A DNA stretch of 64,000 bases from Thermoplasmata archaeon (lineage in GTDB: Archaea > Thermoplasmatota > Thermoplasmata > Halarchaeoplasmatales > Halarchaeoplasmataceae), in the NCBI GenBank assembly GCA_003560595.1, contig PWKY01000066.1, forward strand, positions 226 through 64,225. The letters are read 5' to 3'. Positions 9,605-20,766 of the stretch are shown here, in pieces. The first letter of the stretch is position 1. The number at the start of each line of letters is the position of its first letter. The notes beneath the pieces were generated by a model. It ran no database searches. It saw nothing but the letters and a program-made list of their open reading frames with translations, and was not told the DNA's origin. The position numbers and the translations under genes are program-made.

Positions 9605-10876
9605 ATGATAAGCAAATACTTAAAAGAAGAAGTGAAACCCGCTACCGGATGCACCGAGCCCGCCGCGGTTGCCCTGGCTGTAGCCAAAGCGGCAAAGGAA
9701 TTGGTTGGAAATGTATATTCTATAAACGTGGAAGTCAGTAAAAGCATCTATAAAAATGGTCTTTTTGTTCTTATACCTGGGACCGAGGGGTTAAAGGGAA
9801 ATAAGATCGCAGCGGCACTAGGGGCTTTAGTCAAGGCAGAAGAACTGGATATCAACCTGTTACATCATACGAAGTCGGAAGATAAAAAAAAGGCTGTTGA
9901 ATTGATAGAAGAGAACAGGGTAAAAGTAACTTGTAATGATAAGATAGGAGTTTATGTGCACGCTTCGGTTCAAGACGATCTAAACAATGTATCTGAGTGT
10001 TATATCATCAACTCACATACAAATGTACAAAAGATCAAGTTGAATTCTAAAATTTTGTTTGGATCTGATGAGGATTTTCAAGAAAATAAAACCTTTTTTG
10101 AAAGGAATGGAATACAAGATATGTCTTTGGAAGATATCATAAAGATATCCACGGATATCAACGAAGAGGATGTAGATTTTATCTTTCACGGCGTTGATCT
10201 GAATATGGATGCCGCTTATTATTGTTTGAAACAAAAGGATGAATTTGTAAAAACTCCTGGGATCATTCTAAATGACGTTTTCGATGAGGATAACATCGCA
10301 GAAAAGATAAGAAAATATTCATCAGCAGCTTCTTTCACCCGGATGTTGGGATCAAACGTTACAGTCATGTCTTCCGGTGGTTCCGGTAATCAAGGTATAG
10401 TAGCGACCATACCTGTTTATCTATACGGTCTTTACAACGGTAACACAAAAGAGGAGATAGCACAGGCCCTGGCACTTAGTCATCTTCTATCGGGGTACGT
10501 TAAACACCTAGTCGGCAAGTTAGCTCCTATCTGCGGTGTTTTTTACTCTGCAGGCTCAGGTGCTGCAGCTGCTATCAGTTATTTGATGAATAAAGATCGG
10601 GATAAGATGTTAGATACCATCGATACCATGATATCCAATACCACTGGAATTATCTGCGACGGGGCGAAGGAAAGCTGTGCCTTCCGTATAGGTTTATCCG
10701 CCCATGAAACTTACATATCTGCCTTGATGGCCGATAGAGGTTTGTATGTAGAGATGGACCAAGGATTCATAGGTCAAAGCTGTAATGAAAGCATCAGAAA
10801 CATACAAAGATTAAATCTAGACGGTATGAAAGATCTGGATAACTTGATACTTTCGATCCTCGAAGGTCGAGGATGA
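9605..10876 (+). CDS. UPF0597/YhaM-family protein (L-cysteine desulfidase CdsB-like, Fe-S)
   Basis: The N-terminal KPATGCTEPAAVALAVA motif is typical of the YhaM/CdsB family. Confidence 0.65.
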   Translation: MISKYLKEEVKPATGCTEPAAVALAVAKAAKELVGNVYSINVEVSKSIYKNGLFVLIPGTEGLKGNKIAAALGALVKAEELDINLLHHTKSEDKKKAVELIEENRVKVTCNDKIGVYVHASVQDDLNNVSECYIINSHTNVQKIKLNSKILFGSDEDFQENKTFFERNGIQDMSLEDIIKISTDINEEDVDFIFHGVDLNMDAAYYCLKQKDEFVKTPGIILNDVFDEDNIAEKIRKYSSAASFTRMLGSNVTVMSSGGSGNQGIVATIPVYLYGLYNGNTKEEIAQALALSHLLSGYVKHLVGKLAPICGVFYSAGSGAAAAISYLMNKDRDKMLDTIDTMISNTTGIICDGAKESCAFRIGLSAHETYISALMADRGLYVEMDQGFIGQSCNESIRNIQRLNLDGMKDLDNLILSILEGRG

Positions 10877-10880
10877 GATC

Positions 10881-13484
10881 CTATTTCATTTTTGATTCTA
10901 TATGATCGATGACCTGGTGTATCTCACACGGTTGCACAACGATCAGATCTCCTTCTTTTGCCATCTCAAATCCGGCTTCTATGGCTTCTATCTCATCGAT
11001 TATCACCGTTACGCGATCTTCCGATAAACCAGCTTCTAAAACACCTTGTTTTACCAACTCCGCAGTTTCTCCGATGTTACGATACCTGGGGTCTGCATCG
11101 TTTATGATCACACGGTCGTATATCTTCCCGATACCCCTTCCAAAGTCGATGATATCTTCCGTCGGGCGGTTCCCAGTTCCCGAACATATAGTTATCTTTT
11201 CATTATCTGTTAGCTCATCCAATATCTTTGATATAGCTTCGACAGCGGGTCTGTTGTGTCCGTAGTCTATCATGACTTTGATCTTACCAACATCCATTAT
11301 GTTCATCCTTCCAGGATTTTGGTTGGTAGATGACTGGAAGGTCAAAAGCCCGCTTTTGATAGATTCGATGTCTATATCAAGGGCAAAGCATGAGGCAACT
11401 GCGGCTAATGAGTTCTGCAAGTTGAAGGCAGCTTTACCCTTAAATGCTATGGGTATATTAGCCACCTCGACCACCTTCCAAACGCTCTCACCTTTCTTTA
11501 TAACTATCCTATCGTCATCGACGGTTACAACTATACCGCCTTCGGAAAGATGTTCTTTTACTTCATTCATATCTGGGTCTAGTGAAAATAGTATGGTGTC
11601 CGCGTGAACGATATCTTTGTATCTGAACACATTGGGGTCCTCAGCATTGAGCACGGCTTTACCTGAAGCTTTAACGGTTTCCACCACGATACCCTTGAGG
11701 CGAGCCATGTCCCTTATGGTATTGATGCGCCCCTCACCCATGTGGTCCTTTGTGACGTTCAGGAACACGCCCACATCGCTCTCGTAATATCCTAACCCCC
11801 TTCTTAATATACCTCCTCGTGCCACCTCTAACACCGCATGATCAACGGTCTTTTCTTTTAGAACAAATTTTGCCCCCTGTGGTCCGCTAAAATCCCCCTC
11901 TTTCAATAGATGATCGCCTCTAAACAAACCGTCAGTACATGCGACGCCTACGTTTTTACCACTCAACATCAAGATATGGGCTATCAATCTGACTGTGGTG
12001 GTTTTTCCGTTGGTCCCTGTCACTGCCACTATCGGCACTCTACTCTTTGCTCCTGGTGGAAAGAGCATATCTAACACATACTTGGCAACGTTCCTCCGCT
12101 TCCCCTCATATGGATCCAAATGCATCCGAAATCCAGGTGCTGCGTTCACCTCTATTACCCCTCCATCACCATGCTTTATCGGTTGTTTCATGTCCTGAAC
12201 GATCAGATCGATACCCATAACATCCAAACCGATTATATCGGCGATCCTTTCAGCTAACACCTTATTATTTGGATGTAACGAATCGGTCACATCGGTAGCG
12301 GTCCCCCCCGAGCTTAGATTTGCGGTTGATTTCAGTAACAACTCTTCTCCTTCGGGAAGAACTGTGTCTAAAGTATGGTTATTCTGTTTGAGGATCCTTT
12401 TTGTCATGTAATCTATTTCGATCTTAGTAAGTGTTTTCTCGTGACCTACCCCTCTTCTTGGGTCGCTGTTCAATACCTCTATCAGTTCTTTTATAGATGA
12501 TCTACCATCACCCCTTATGAATGGAGGATCTCTTCTAGCTGCAGCAACAAGCTCTCCATCTATCACCAGCATCCTGTGATCGGCTCCTTTCAAATATTCT
12601 TCGATGACTACATTGGGATCGATCTTTTTAGCTATCTTAAAAGCGAGTTTTAATTCCTCACTATCCTCCACCCTTGAGGAGATCCCTCGTCCATGGTTAC
12701 CTATATTCGGTTTTACAGCTACTGGATAACCTGATCTCTTTGCCATGCTTAAAGCCTCCTCTATAGTTTTGACCGTCCCCCCTCGGGGAACGGGTATGCC
12801 CGCTTCTTCAAGGATATCTTTCGTATTTTTCTTATCATCGGCGATCTCAACGGCGATGGCGGAAGTGTTCTCGGTCATACTGGCTTGCACCCTCTTTTGA
12901 TAAGAACCATGGCCCAGCTGGACGTAGCTGTGCTGGTTCAGCCTTATATAAGGTATACCCCTGCGGTATGCTTCACTTACTATGGATTTTGTAGTAGGCC
13001 CAAGCATATTCTGGTCCCGAAGGTACTTCAATTTTTTTAATACCTCTTCGATATCCGGTTCCTCCCCCTTCGTCAAGGCTTTAACTACTCTTACTGCTTC
13101 TTTACCTGCTTCGATGCCGGCGTCTTCATCTCTGTACCTGAAAGCTATTTCGTATATCCCATGTTGGTCAGTAGACATAGTTTTTCCGAAACCTACATCC
13201 ATGTTGGCTAGGCACTGCAGTTCTATGGCCACATGTTCAACTATATGTCCTAACCATGTACCCAATTCCACTCGTTCCAAGAAACCTCCTTCGTATCCCC
13301 GGCTACAGCGATGGGCTTTCAATGAGGGTAAGAGTGATTTCAAGCGTTCTACGAAGCCTGGTATCTCATCAGATGGTCTATCTTCGAATTCTTCGATATC
13401 TAAAAGCATGTATACCACCTGATATCGACTAAAGTAATTTGGCCCTCTGAGGGCTCTGATCTCTTGGATCTCTATGATTATCAC
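10881..13484 (-). CDS. cphA: Cyanophycin synthetase (ATP-grasp + Mur-ligase domains)
   Basis: 867 aa. N-terminal IQEIRALRGPNYFS and FLERVELGTWLGHIVEHVAIELQ, an ATP-grasp core, then the Mur-ligase P-loop AVTGTNGKTTTVRLIAHIL. Collinear with bacterial CphA. Confidence 0.85.
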   Translation of the reverse strand: MIIIEIQEIRALRGPNYFSRYQVVYMLLDIEEFEDRPSDEIPGFVERLKSLLPSLKAHRCSRGYEGGFLERVELGTWLGHIVEHVAIELQCLANMDVGFGKTMSTDQHGIYEIAFRYRDEDAGIEAGKEAVRVVKALTKGEEPDIEEVLKKLKYLRDQNMLGPTTKSIVSEAYRRGIPYIRLNQHSYVQLGHGSYQKRVQASMTENTSAIAVEIADDKKNTKDILEEAGIPVPRGGTVKTIEEALSMAKRSGYPVAVKPNIGNHGRGISSRVEDSEELKLAFKIAKKIDPNVVIEEYLKGADHRMLVIDGELVAAARRDPPFIRGDGRSSIKELIEVLNSDPRRGVGHEKTLTKIEIDYMTKRILKQNNHTLDTVLPEGEELLLKSTANLSSGGTATDVTDSLHPNNKVLAERIADIIGLDVMGIDLIVQDMKQPIKHGDGGVIEVNAAPGFRMHLDPYEGKRRNVAKYVLDMLFPPGAKSRVPIVAVTGTNGKTTTVRLIAHILMLSGKNVGVACTDGLFRGDHLLKEGDFSGPQGAKFVLKEKTVDHAVLEVARGGILRRGLGYYESDVGVFLNVTKDHMGEGRINTIRDMARLKGIVVETVKASGKAVLNAEDPNVFRYKDIVHADTILFSLDPDMNEVKEHLSEGGIVVTVDDDRIVIKKGESVWKVVEVANIPIAFKGKAAFNLQNSLAAVASCFALDIDIESIKSGLLTFQSSTNQNPGRMNIMDVGKIKVMIDYGHNRPAVEAISKILDELTDNEKITICSGTGNRPTEDIIDFGRGIGKIYDRVIINDADPRYRNIGETAELVKQGVLEAGLSEDRVTVIIDEIEAIEAGFEMAKEGDLIVVQPCEIHQVIDHIESKMK

Positions 13485-13612
13485 CTCTAGCGTTTAGATA
13501 AAAGGTTTTTACTCTATTTATAACATATATGCATATAGTAGGTATTAAACATTACCGTTATCGTTGTTCATATCCTGAGTTAGGTCAGATCAACAAAAGC
13601 ATCATCCCTGGA

Positions 13613-14482
13613 TCAAAATTGACCTTTCATAAATACCTCGGCCTTTTTCATGACGGACCATGCGAAGAGAAAATAGCCGAAAGATAACACCATCTCCGCA
13701 GCTTCTTGTCCGGCTTTGTTGTCTGTCAATGGGATCTTGTAACTGTGTACTTGAAACATCAATGGGATCAGTATCAGGATCACCAAAACTAGATATCTCC
13801 CCCATCTCGGCGGTAGCTTTTTTACGTAATCCTTTGCGATCGGTAGTTGAAAAAGCACGAAAAGTGCTATAGTAAGTATTACAAAAGCGATCAGTTTTGG
13901 GATCACCCATCTATGGCCCACATAATACGTCAACGGAAGCAGAAAAAAGAAGTGAAGATCCGGAGACATCACCGGAAACTCAAATCTATCTATTAGACGA
14001 TGTATGGGCTCGACAGTTTCGTGCATGAGTGGAAGCACCACACCTAAAAGAAGGCTTCCCCCCCAAAGCAGAACGTGAAAAAGATCGGTATTCAAATTGT
14101 GTATGTTTATTTCGTCCTGTTCATTGATCTCGCCGATAGCTTCAGGGGTCTCTATCCCAAATATACGCTGGCCCCAGCTGATCTCCTCCATAGCAACGAA
14201 GAAAAATAGTATGGCGAAGGCTATCACAAATAATTTGTACCTTTTGCTGAGTGGTACCTTAAAAAACGTCCATAACAACATGACTCCTGCACCTATATAA
14301 AATATAGCTGTTAGATACTCGTAGGTCCAATCCTCAGAAAAGAACAACCTTCTTAACCATGGATATTCCTTGATCCCCCAGCCCACCAGTATGATCTGTA
14401 TTACGGTGAGGGCTGCTACGAATAAAAGACACCTTTTATAAAGATAAGTCCCTTTATAGACACCGAAGGATCGATAACCCAT
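13613..14482 (-). CDS. Hypothetical integral membrane protein
   Basis: 289-aa ORF with multiple hydrophobic helices. Confidence 0.4.
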   Translation of the reverse strand: MGYRSFGVYKGTYLYKRCLLFVAALTVIQIILVGWGIKEYPWLRRLFFSEDWTYEYLTAIFYIGAGVMLLWTFFKVPLSKRYKLFVIAFAILFFFVAMEEISWGQRIFGIETPEAIGEINEQDEINIHNLNTDLFHVLLWGGSLLLGVVLPLMHETVEPIHRLIDRFEFPVMSPDLHFFFLLPLTYYVGHRWVIPKLIAFVILTIALFVLFQLPIAKDYVKKLPPRWGRYLVLVILILIPLMFQVHSYKIPLTDNKAGQEAAEMVLSFGYFLFAWSVMKKAEVFMKGQF

Positions 14483-14553
14483 GTTATCGGATTTGAAAAC
14501 AAATTATAAAAGCTTTCCTTCAACTCATCGATAGATGCATAACGCAAAATGAT

Positions 14554-15792
14554 TCAAGCGAACATAACCTGTTTCTTTATCTTTCGCTCAGGTGAATCGG
14601 TGAGTACTTTATCTATCGCCTTTAAGAAATCTTCTTGGGTTATGACGTCATTTCCCTCTCTTAGCGTGAGCATCCCCGCCTCGGTACATATGGCTTTGAT
14701 ATCTGCTCCAGATGCCCCTTCAGTTTTCTTTGCAATGGTGTTCAGATCAACATCGTCATGTATGGGCATCATCAATGTATGGATACCAAAGATCTTCTTT
14801 CTGGCTTCCTTGTCGGGCAGTGGTACGGATATGATCCTATCAAAACGTCCTGGACGGAGTAGAGCTTTATCCAACAGTTCGGGCCTATTTGTAGCACCCA
14901 TGACTTTTACCTCACCTACAGGCTCAAAGCCGTCAAGTTCAGCCAGAAGCTGCATCATGGTCCTTTGGACTTCCCTATCACCTGATGTGGCCTGTTCCAT
15001 CCTTCTGGTAGCCACGGAGTCGAGTTCGTCTATGAATATTATAGAGGGTGATTTTTCTTTCGCCATCTGGAATAGCTCCCTGACCATCCGTGCCCCTTCT
15101 CCGATATATTTCTGTACCAACTCAGAACCTACCAGCTTGATAAAGGTAGCGTGAGTTCTGTTAGCAGCGGCCTTGGCGATCATGGTTTTACCTGTTCCGG
15201 GAGGTCCTACGAGCAGCACTCCTTTTGGTGGTTCGATACCCATGTGTTGATATCTTTTGGGGTTAAGTAAAGGCTCTTCAACGGTTTCTTTTACCTCTCT
15301 GATCTGATCTTCAAGTCCACCGATATCATCGTAGGTTATTTCCGGTTTTTCCAGTATCTCTGCACCCATAATATTTGGGTCAACAGATGGTGGAAGTACT
15401 TTTACTATGGAAAGAGTTTGTTTATTCAACGCAACTCTGGTTCCTGGACAGATATCTTTGGCTGAAAGATAATCTGCCACCGTAACGATAAAATCTGGGC
15501 CGGTAGAACTCTCTATTATAGCTTCACCGTGGGGTAAAGTTTCCTTTATATTCCCTACTATAAGAGGTGGCTTTTTCAATCTCGCCAATTCCTTCTTGAT
15601 CTCTCGGGTTTCCCTCTTTATCCTGTTCAGTTCCTCTACTATGTAATCCCTTTCCCCACCGTACTGGGTTTCTGCAAGGAGTTCATCGTGTTTACGTTGT
15701 AACTCCTCTATCCGCCGTGTGAGTCCTCTTGAAGAACCCTTCAAATCGTCGTCATCCAAACGATTCACCATATGTGTATTGTTTAAATTCAT
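14554..15792 (-). CDS. pan: Proteasome-activating nucleotidase (AAA+ ATPase)
   Basis: N-terminal coiled coil, Walker A GPPGTGKTM, Walker B IIFIDELD and the AAA second region of homology. Confidence 0.9.
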   Translation of the reverse strand: MNLNNTHMVNRLDDDDLKGSSRGLTRRIEELQRKHDELLAETQYGGERDYIVEELNRIKRETREIKKELARLKKPPLIVGNIKETLPHGEAIIESSTGPDFIVTVADYLSAKDICPGTRVALNKQTLSIVKVLPPSVDPNIMGAEILEKPEITYDDIGGLEDQIREVKETVEEPLLNPKRYQHMGIEPPKGVLLVGPPGTGKTMIAKAAANRTHATFIKLVGSELVQKYIGEGARMVRELFQMAKEKSPSIIFIDELDSVATRRMEQATSGDREVQRTMMQLLAELDGFEPVGEVKVMGATNRPELLDKALLRPGRFDRIISVPLPDKEARKKIFGIHTLMMPIHDDVDLNTIAKKTEGASGADIKAICTEAGMLTLREGNDVITQEDFLKAIDKVLTDSPERKIKKQVMFA

Positions 15793-15835
15793 GATTTCCG
15801 TTTGTTATAAAGATTTTGGTAACTTTCCAGAACTA

Positions 15836-16942
15836 TCATAGTAATTCATTCAATCTGTGGAGTGCGGATCGCTTCTCTTTTGCATCTACGGAACAACTTT
15901 CAAGGTCCCGTTCTAGTGTTTTTATGGTAGAATCATATACCTCCTGGTTTACAGGGAACGGAGTGCCGTCTTTTCCTCCGTGTGCAAAGCTGTACTTTAC
16001 CGGATCTTCCCAGCTAGCTTTGCTCCCATGTATCAAGTCGGCAACTAACGCCAGGGCTCTGATCTTTTTGGGCCCCATGCCCTTGAGTGAGATCAATTCC
16101 TCGTAACTATCAGGTTGGATCTCGTATGCTCTCTTCAATACCTTCCAACCTTGTGGTGTGATATCGTTATCCATCACTGGATGATGTGCGGGCATTTTTA
16201 TATTGTTGTTAGATGAAAAATCACTGAGTGAAGTCTGTAGAGCTTTAGATAGATATGGTTTTAGATGTTCCGGGCCATCCTTGATCAAATCCAATGATAT
16301 ATCCCGTGTTTCAGCGCTGTTATGGGAAGTCATATCCAACACCTCTAATTCTTTCCACTGCCCACATATGCCCTTATGTGGCTCCTCAACGAATTCCACC
16401 ACATCATCGCATATCCAGTGGTAGCGTCTGGCAAAACCGGTTTTATCTTTCATCCCCTGCTGGATTACCCCCCAATCTCCCTTCTCACTTAAAATAAATG
16501 AATGATGGTAAAGATGATAGTCGTCCTGTATGCAGGAATTATCTACCTTTGCCGTTAGTTTTGATATCCTTACCATGTCATCTAACTTCGACGGTTTGAT
16601 GGAGTAATGATCGTTCATGGAAAGGATCTCATCAGGTGTTTTACGACTTGCCGCCCCTTTACCACCCATAAAAGCTATCCCATGTTCCTCCGGATCTAGT
16701 GCTACTTTTAACGCCCCACAGGTTGTGGTAGTCGTTCCGCTGGAGTGCCAATCAAATCCTATGGTACATGCCAGTGCCTGAAACCAATAGGGATCGGTTA
16801 TTCGCTGTAAGAAAACTTCTTGTCCGTAGTCTTCTAACACCGTTTCGCTTATGGCACGGCTGAGTTTCACCATACGTTCGAACAACCATCTAGGAGCCCT
16901 TCCACCGTGGAGGGGTAGGTCCGTTACACCAGTACTTTTCAT
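15836..16942 (-). CDS. DUF763-family protein
   Basis: N-terminal LPLHGGRAPRWLFERM block typical of DUF763. Confidence 0.5.
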   Translation of the reverse strand: MKSTGVTDLPLHGGRAPRWLFERMVKLSRAISETVLEDYGQEVFLQRITDPYWFQALACTIGFDWHSSGTTTTTCGALKVALDPEEHGIAFMGGKGAASRKTPDEILSMNDHYSIKPSKLDDMVRISKLTAKVDNSCIQDDYHLYHHSFILSEKGDWGVIQQGMKDKTGFARRYHWICDDVVEFVEEPHKGICGQWKELEVLDMTSHNSAETRDISLDLIKDGPEHLKPYLSKALQTSLSDFSSNNNIKMPAHHPVMDNDITPQGWKVLKRAYEIQPDSYEELISLKGMGPKKIRALALVADLIHGSKASWEDPVKYSFAHGGKDGTPFPVNQEVYDSTIKTLERDLESCSVDAKEKRSALHRLNELL

Positions 16943-17027
16943 AGAACCCTATCAAAAGGATGCAGGCATCTATTAAAACTTTTGAAGGGGAAACGTTTTT
17001 TTTCCTATCCTCAGTTATATATCAAAG

Positions 17028-17654
17028 ATGGTAAGTACCAAAGAGCTTTTTGATATCTTGTTGGAGGAATTCGGTCCTCAAAATTGGTGGCCCGGGGATA
17101 GTGACTTTGAGATAATGGTAGGTGCCATCCTTACACAGAATGTGAATTGGTCAAATGTTGAAAAAGCACTAGACAATATGAAGAAAGCCGATTCTCTGAA
17201 CTTAGAAGCGGTATGTGAGATGGAAGATGAGCAGTTAGAAGCGTTGGTAAGGCCTACCGGCTTCTACAGGCAGAAAGCTGCAAGGCTGAAGCGATTGTCA
17301 CGTGTCATATTAGAAAAAGGTGGGATCAAATATTTTCTAAAAGAGGATGATCTAAGGGAACTACTTTTAGATGTAAAAGGTATAGGGCCCGAGACCGCAG
17401 ATAGTATAGCACTTTATGCAGCTAGAATACCTACTTTCGTTGTTGACGCTTACACCAAAAGGATAGTCGAAAGATTTTATGGTTATCGAGGTAACTATGA
17501 CGATATCAAAGATTTTTTTCAAAACAGTTTACCTAAGGATGTGGATATATACAACGAATATCACGCACTGCTGGTTAAATTAGGTAAAACCTACTGTAAA
17601 AAAACCGATCCCAGATGCGGTGAATGTCCTATTTCTTATCATTGTTCCTATTAA
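17028..17654 (+). CDS. HhH-GPD superfamily DNA glycosylase (endonuclease III-like, 4Fe-4S loop)
   Basis: LLDVKGIGPETADSIALYA helix-hairpin-helix and C-terminal CKKTDPRCGECPISYHC four-Cys cluster. Confidence 0.7.
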   Translation: MVSTKELFDILLEEFGPQNWWPGDSDFEIMVGAILTQNVNWSNVEKALDNMKKADSLNLEAVCEMEDEQLEALVRPTGFYRQKAARLKRLSRVILEKGGIKYFLKEDDLRELLLDVKGIGPETADSIALYAARIPTFVVDAYTKRIVERFYGYRGNYDDIKDFFQNSLPKDVDIYNEYHALLVKLGKTYCKKTDPRCGECPISYHCSY

Positions 17655-18225
17655 GCAAATTTCTTCTCCATCTGATGAGATCTCTTTTTGCTGAATCATA
17701 GAAAGAAGGAAAGTAAACTAAACTCAAGAAAACTGCTACGATCAGCACCGCTATGTAAAAGACTTCCTGATCAGCACGGTAAGGTTCTATACCTCCTATG
17801 ATAAATCCTAACTCATCAACTATCAATCCTAGACCTGCACCAAAGCTTATGGAACTGATCCTTACGATGGTTTTACTCCAGTAGTTGATGGCAAGCCAGG
17901 CCGAGATGCATATCAGTATTATACCATAGGTTATATGGTGTATGTGGTATCCCCCTATAACCACGTTTCTTCCTACATACACGATACCCTCCGGGGGTGG
18001 TCTTTGGGTGGCACCTAACAGTACCACCCATGATCTAGCTATGATAAAGGATACCAGAAAGGAAATAGATATCAAAAAAGGGACGGACTCACGTTTTTTC
18101 TTAACTTCTGATCTCAATGACCGAGGTATGTAAGTGATCGCCTTCAATAATTTTTTCTTTTCTACCATTTCATTACCCAGTGATATAGTAAATCGTTCTT
18201 TAGAATTAATAAAGATTTCGTTCAC
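17629..18225 (-). CDS. Hypothetical membrane protein
   Basis: Hydrophobic helices in a 198-aa ORF. Confidence 0.4.
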   Translation of the reverse strand: MNEIFINSKERFTISLGNEMVEKKKLLKAITYIPRSLRSEVKKKRESVPFLISISFLVSFIIARSWVVLLGATQRPPPEGIVYVGRNVVIGGYHIHHITYGIILICISAWLAINYWSKTIVRISSISFGAGLGLIVDELGFIIGGIEPYRADQEVFYIAVLIVAVFLSLVYFPSFYDSAKRDLIRWRRNLLNRNNDKK

Positions 18226-19887
18226 TTATCTGTTTATATCTATGAAATATACGTCGGTATATTCCCCTTGATAGATATTGTATCCGTTCCGATACCATCC
18301 CAGCAGTGTTCTATCCATGGGTCTGGGATTAGTTCCTTCTCTGACCGCCGCTCCTTGTATCATGTTGTCGTCCATCATGATATACCTCACTTCTAAGCTT
18401 AGGACCTCTTCTTTCGCCTCTTCGATAGAGTCAGAAAAGTAAGCGGATTCACCGTCGGTCCAGGACAGATCAGTGGAACCGGTGGAGAACACGGCGCCGC
18501 TCAACCGATGATCGGTGAGTATCTTTTGCCGTGTAGAATCTCTGACCCAGAATGAAGCTTCTACCGTGTCGTATTCGACCCATTCCACATATCCTCCAGC
18601 GGTCTCCTGTGAAGGATACATGAGAGGTAGGTTCAGGCCAAGGAGCAGTATTATACATAGGGATATGGCTTTTTTCTTCTCTGAAAAGGGATCGATCAAG
18701 TTATAAAACCAGACCATCCCGATACCAAATAGGATAGCCAAAGGAAGCATGAAAAAAGCCACCTGTCTTATTGTATAGAGAGATGAAGAACCGGTGACTG
18801 CCCCCAGTATGAATGTAAAGCTAACCGCCAAAAGCCATCCCTGGATGGTCACCCCCTCTCTGAATGATCGTAATGGTTTTCCGGAAAATAAAGCAAATAT
18901 ACCAAAGGCCGATAAAGGTGAATAAAACAATATATCATTTCCCAGAGTTATATCCGTACCAGGTATATTCACCAGAACGCTGTATATCAGTATGGCGATA
19001 ACCGTGATGGCGAGTATAAATGAAAAAACCATGAGATCACGTTTTTCGTTTCCACGGAGGTCTATCTTTGGTATCCATTCTTTCCGCCTTCGTGATCTGA
19101 TCATCAAGTGGGCCAAAATCACCGATACATATGGTGCAAGAACGATGGTGTAAGATGGTAACCATAGGGCATCCATCAAACGTTGTTCTCTGAAAACAGG
19201 GGCACCAAAGAACCAATAGAGTATGGTGGCAGTGGTGAACCCCAGGTATAACCAAAGTCTGAATTTATTGTTCCAGGAAGTGTTTCTTTTAAATAATTCA
19301 GAGAAGAAATATCCACCCAGCAGGAACAAGATCAAGAAAAATGATGTAAGATGATGGGTTATGATCAGTGCTCCTGAAAATAATATAAGTAAAGGTAAAA
19401 ATCTCTTCCAGTTTTGTTTACTTACCATGAAGGTCATCCATAGTATGGATATCATCAGAAAGAAACCCAAGGTTTCCGGCTTGGGTTGGGACTGGCTGTA
19501 AACAAAAGGTACTATGAAAGTGAGGAAACTGGCGGATAATAGCGATGCAAGCTTGTGAAGAGTGATGCGGTAAGTTAGAAGGAAGGCAACAAGGGGAACT
19601 AAGGAAGATAGTACCACTGGAGTAAAACTAACAGATCCGTAAATACCAACACCTGTTAGCATATGGAATGAACCACTCAAAGAAAAAAGTCCGGGAAAAA
19701 AGGGATATGCACCTGCCCATCCATCTATACTGTGATGCATACTGCCGGAAGTCACCCACTGGTTGGTATAGTAAACGTATTCTCCGGCATCCATACCCCA
19801 TAGATGATAATTGAAAAGGGGGTATGTCCTGACCAATATAGAAAGTATCACCAGCGTCAACAGGGCGTACCAGTATGACCTTTTCAT
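18226..19887 (-). CDS. Large polytopic membrane protein with a C-terminal soluble domain (possibly a glycosyltransferase-family-39/ArnT-like fold)
   Basis: 553-aa ORF with at least 10 hydrophobic segments followed by a hydrophilic tail of about 120 aa. Confidence 0.4.
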   Translation of the reverse strand: MKRSYWYALLTLVILSILVRTYPLFNYHLWGMDAGEYVYYTNQWVTSGSMHHSIDGWAGAYPFFPGLFSLSGSFHMLTGVGIYGSVSFTPVVLSSLVPLVAFLLTYRITLHKLASLLSASFLTFIVPFVYSQSQPKPETLGFFLMISILWMTFMVSKQNWKRFLPLLILFSGALIITHHLTSFFLILFLLGGYFFSELFKRNTSWNNKFRLWLYLGFTTATILYWFFGAPVFREQRLMDALWLPSYTIVLAPYVSVILAHLMIRSRRRKEWIPKIDLRGNEKRDLMVFSFILAITVIAILIYSVLVNIPGTDITLGNDILFYSPLSAFGIFALFSGKPLRSFREGVTIQGWLLAVSFTFILGAVTGSSSLYTIRQVAFFMLPLAILFGIGMVWFYNLIDPFSEKKKAISLCIILLLGLNLPLMYPSQETAGGYVEWVEYDTVEASFWVRDSTRQKILTDHRLSGAVFSTGSTDLSWTDGESAYFSDSIEEAKEEVLSLEVRYIMMDDNMIQGAAVREGTNPRPMDRTLLGWYRNGYNIYQGEYTDVYFIDINR

Positions 19888-19986
19888 CTTGGGGTTTATA
19901 GATAGAACAGGTATTAATTTTTTTGTAGGGTGCGCAACACTGCCTGACCGAAAATCTTAAGGGGCTAAACAATTGTTAACACACAC

Positions 19987-20766
19987 ATGAAATCTATGTT
20001 TGGAGAATCGAGTGAAAGTGACGTTACAAGAGCTATAGTGCGAGAATTCGGGAAGGTATTGGACGAGTATTCCGAATCCGATGTGATAATAGTGGGTGCG
20101 GGGCCGAGCGGACTGATGGCCGCCCGGGATCTGGCTTCCAAAGGTCATAAAACACTGGTGGTCGAGAGGAACAATTATCTGGGTGGTGGCTTCTGGTTGG
20201 GAGGTTATCTTATGAACACGGTTACAGTGCGCCCCCCTGCTCATAAGATCCTCGACGAGCTCGGTATACCGTACAAGAAGAGTGGCAATCTATACACTGC
20301 GTTGGGTCCTCACGCGTGCTCTAAGTTGATCGCTGCGGCCTGCGACGAGGGGATACAGATACTTAACATGACCGAGTTCGACGATGTGGTATTCAGAGGT
20401 AAGAAAAAGGTAGGCGGGGTGGTGATTAACTGGACACCCGTATCCGCATTACCACGGCAGATAACCTGTGTCGACCCTATATCGTTGGAGTCCAAGATGA
20501 TAATCGATTCCACCGGACACGATGCATGTGTGGTTAAGAAACTAGAGGAAAGGGGTCTGCTGGAAACTTCGGGTTTCGGTGGCATGTGGGTACAAGAGTC
20601 CGAAGATCTTGTGGTGGAGCACACCGGTAAGGTCATGGACGGTCTAGTGGTTACCGGGATGGCGGTTTCCACGACCTATGGTTTACCCCGTATGGGACCC
20701 ACCTTCGGTTCGATGCTCGTGTCCGGGAGGAAAGCCGCCGAGGTGGTAGATGAGCTTCTCAGTTGA
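19987..20766 (+). CDS. thi4: Thiamine thiazole synthase Thi4 (archaeal type)
   Basis: FAD-binding [11 protein letters not shown] motif and the [11 protein letters not shown] block; collinear with Thi4/THI1. Confidence 0.85.
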   Translation: MKSMFGESSESDVTRAIVREFGKVLDEYSESDVIIVGAGPSGLMAARDLASKGHKTLVVERNNYLGGGFWLGGYLMNTVTVRPPAHKILDELGIPYKKSGNLYTALGPHACSKLIAAACDEGIQILNMTEFDDVVFRGKKKVGGVVINWTPVSALPRQITCVDPISLESKMIIDSTGHDACVVKKLEERGLLETSGFGGMWVQESEDLVVEHTGKVMDGLVVTGMAVSTTYGLPRMGPTFGSMLVSGRKAAEVVDELLS

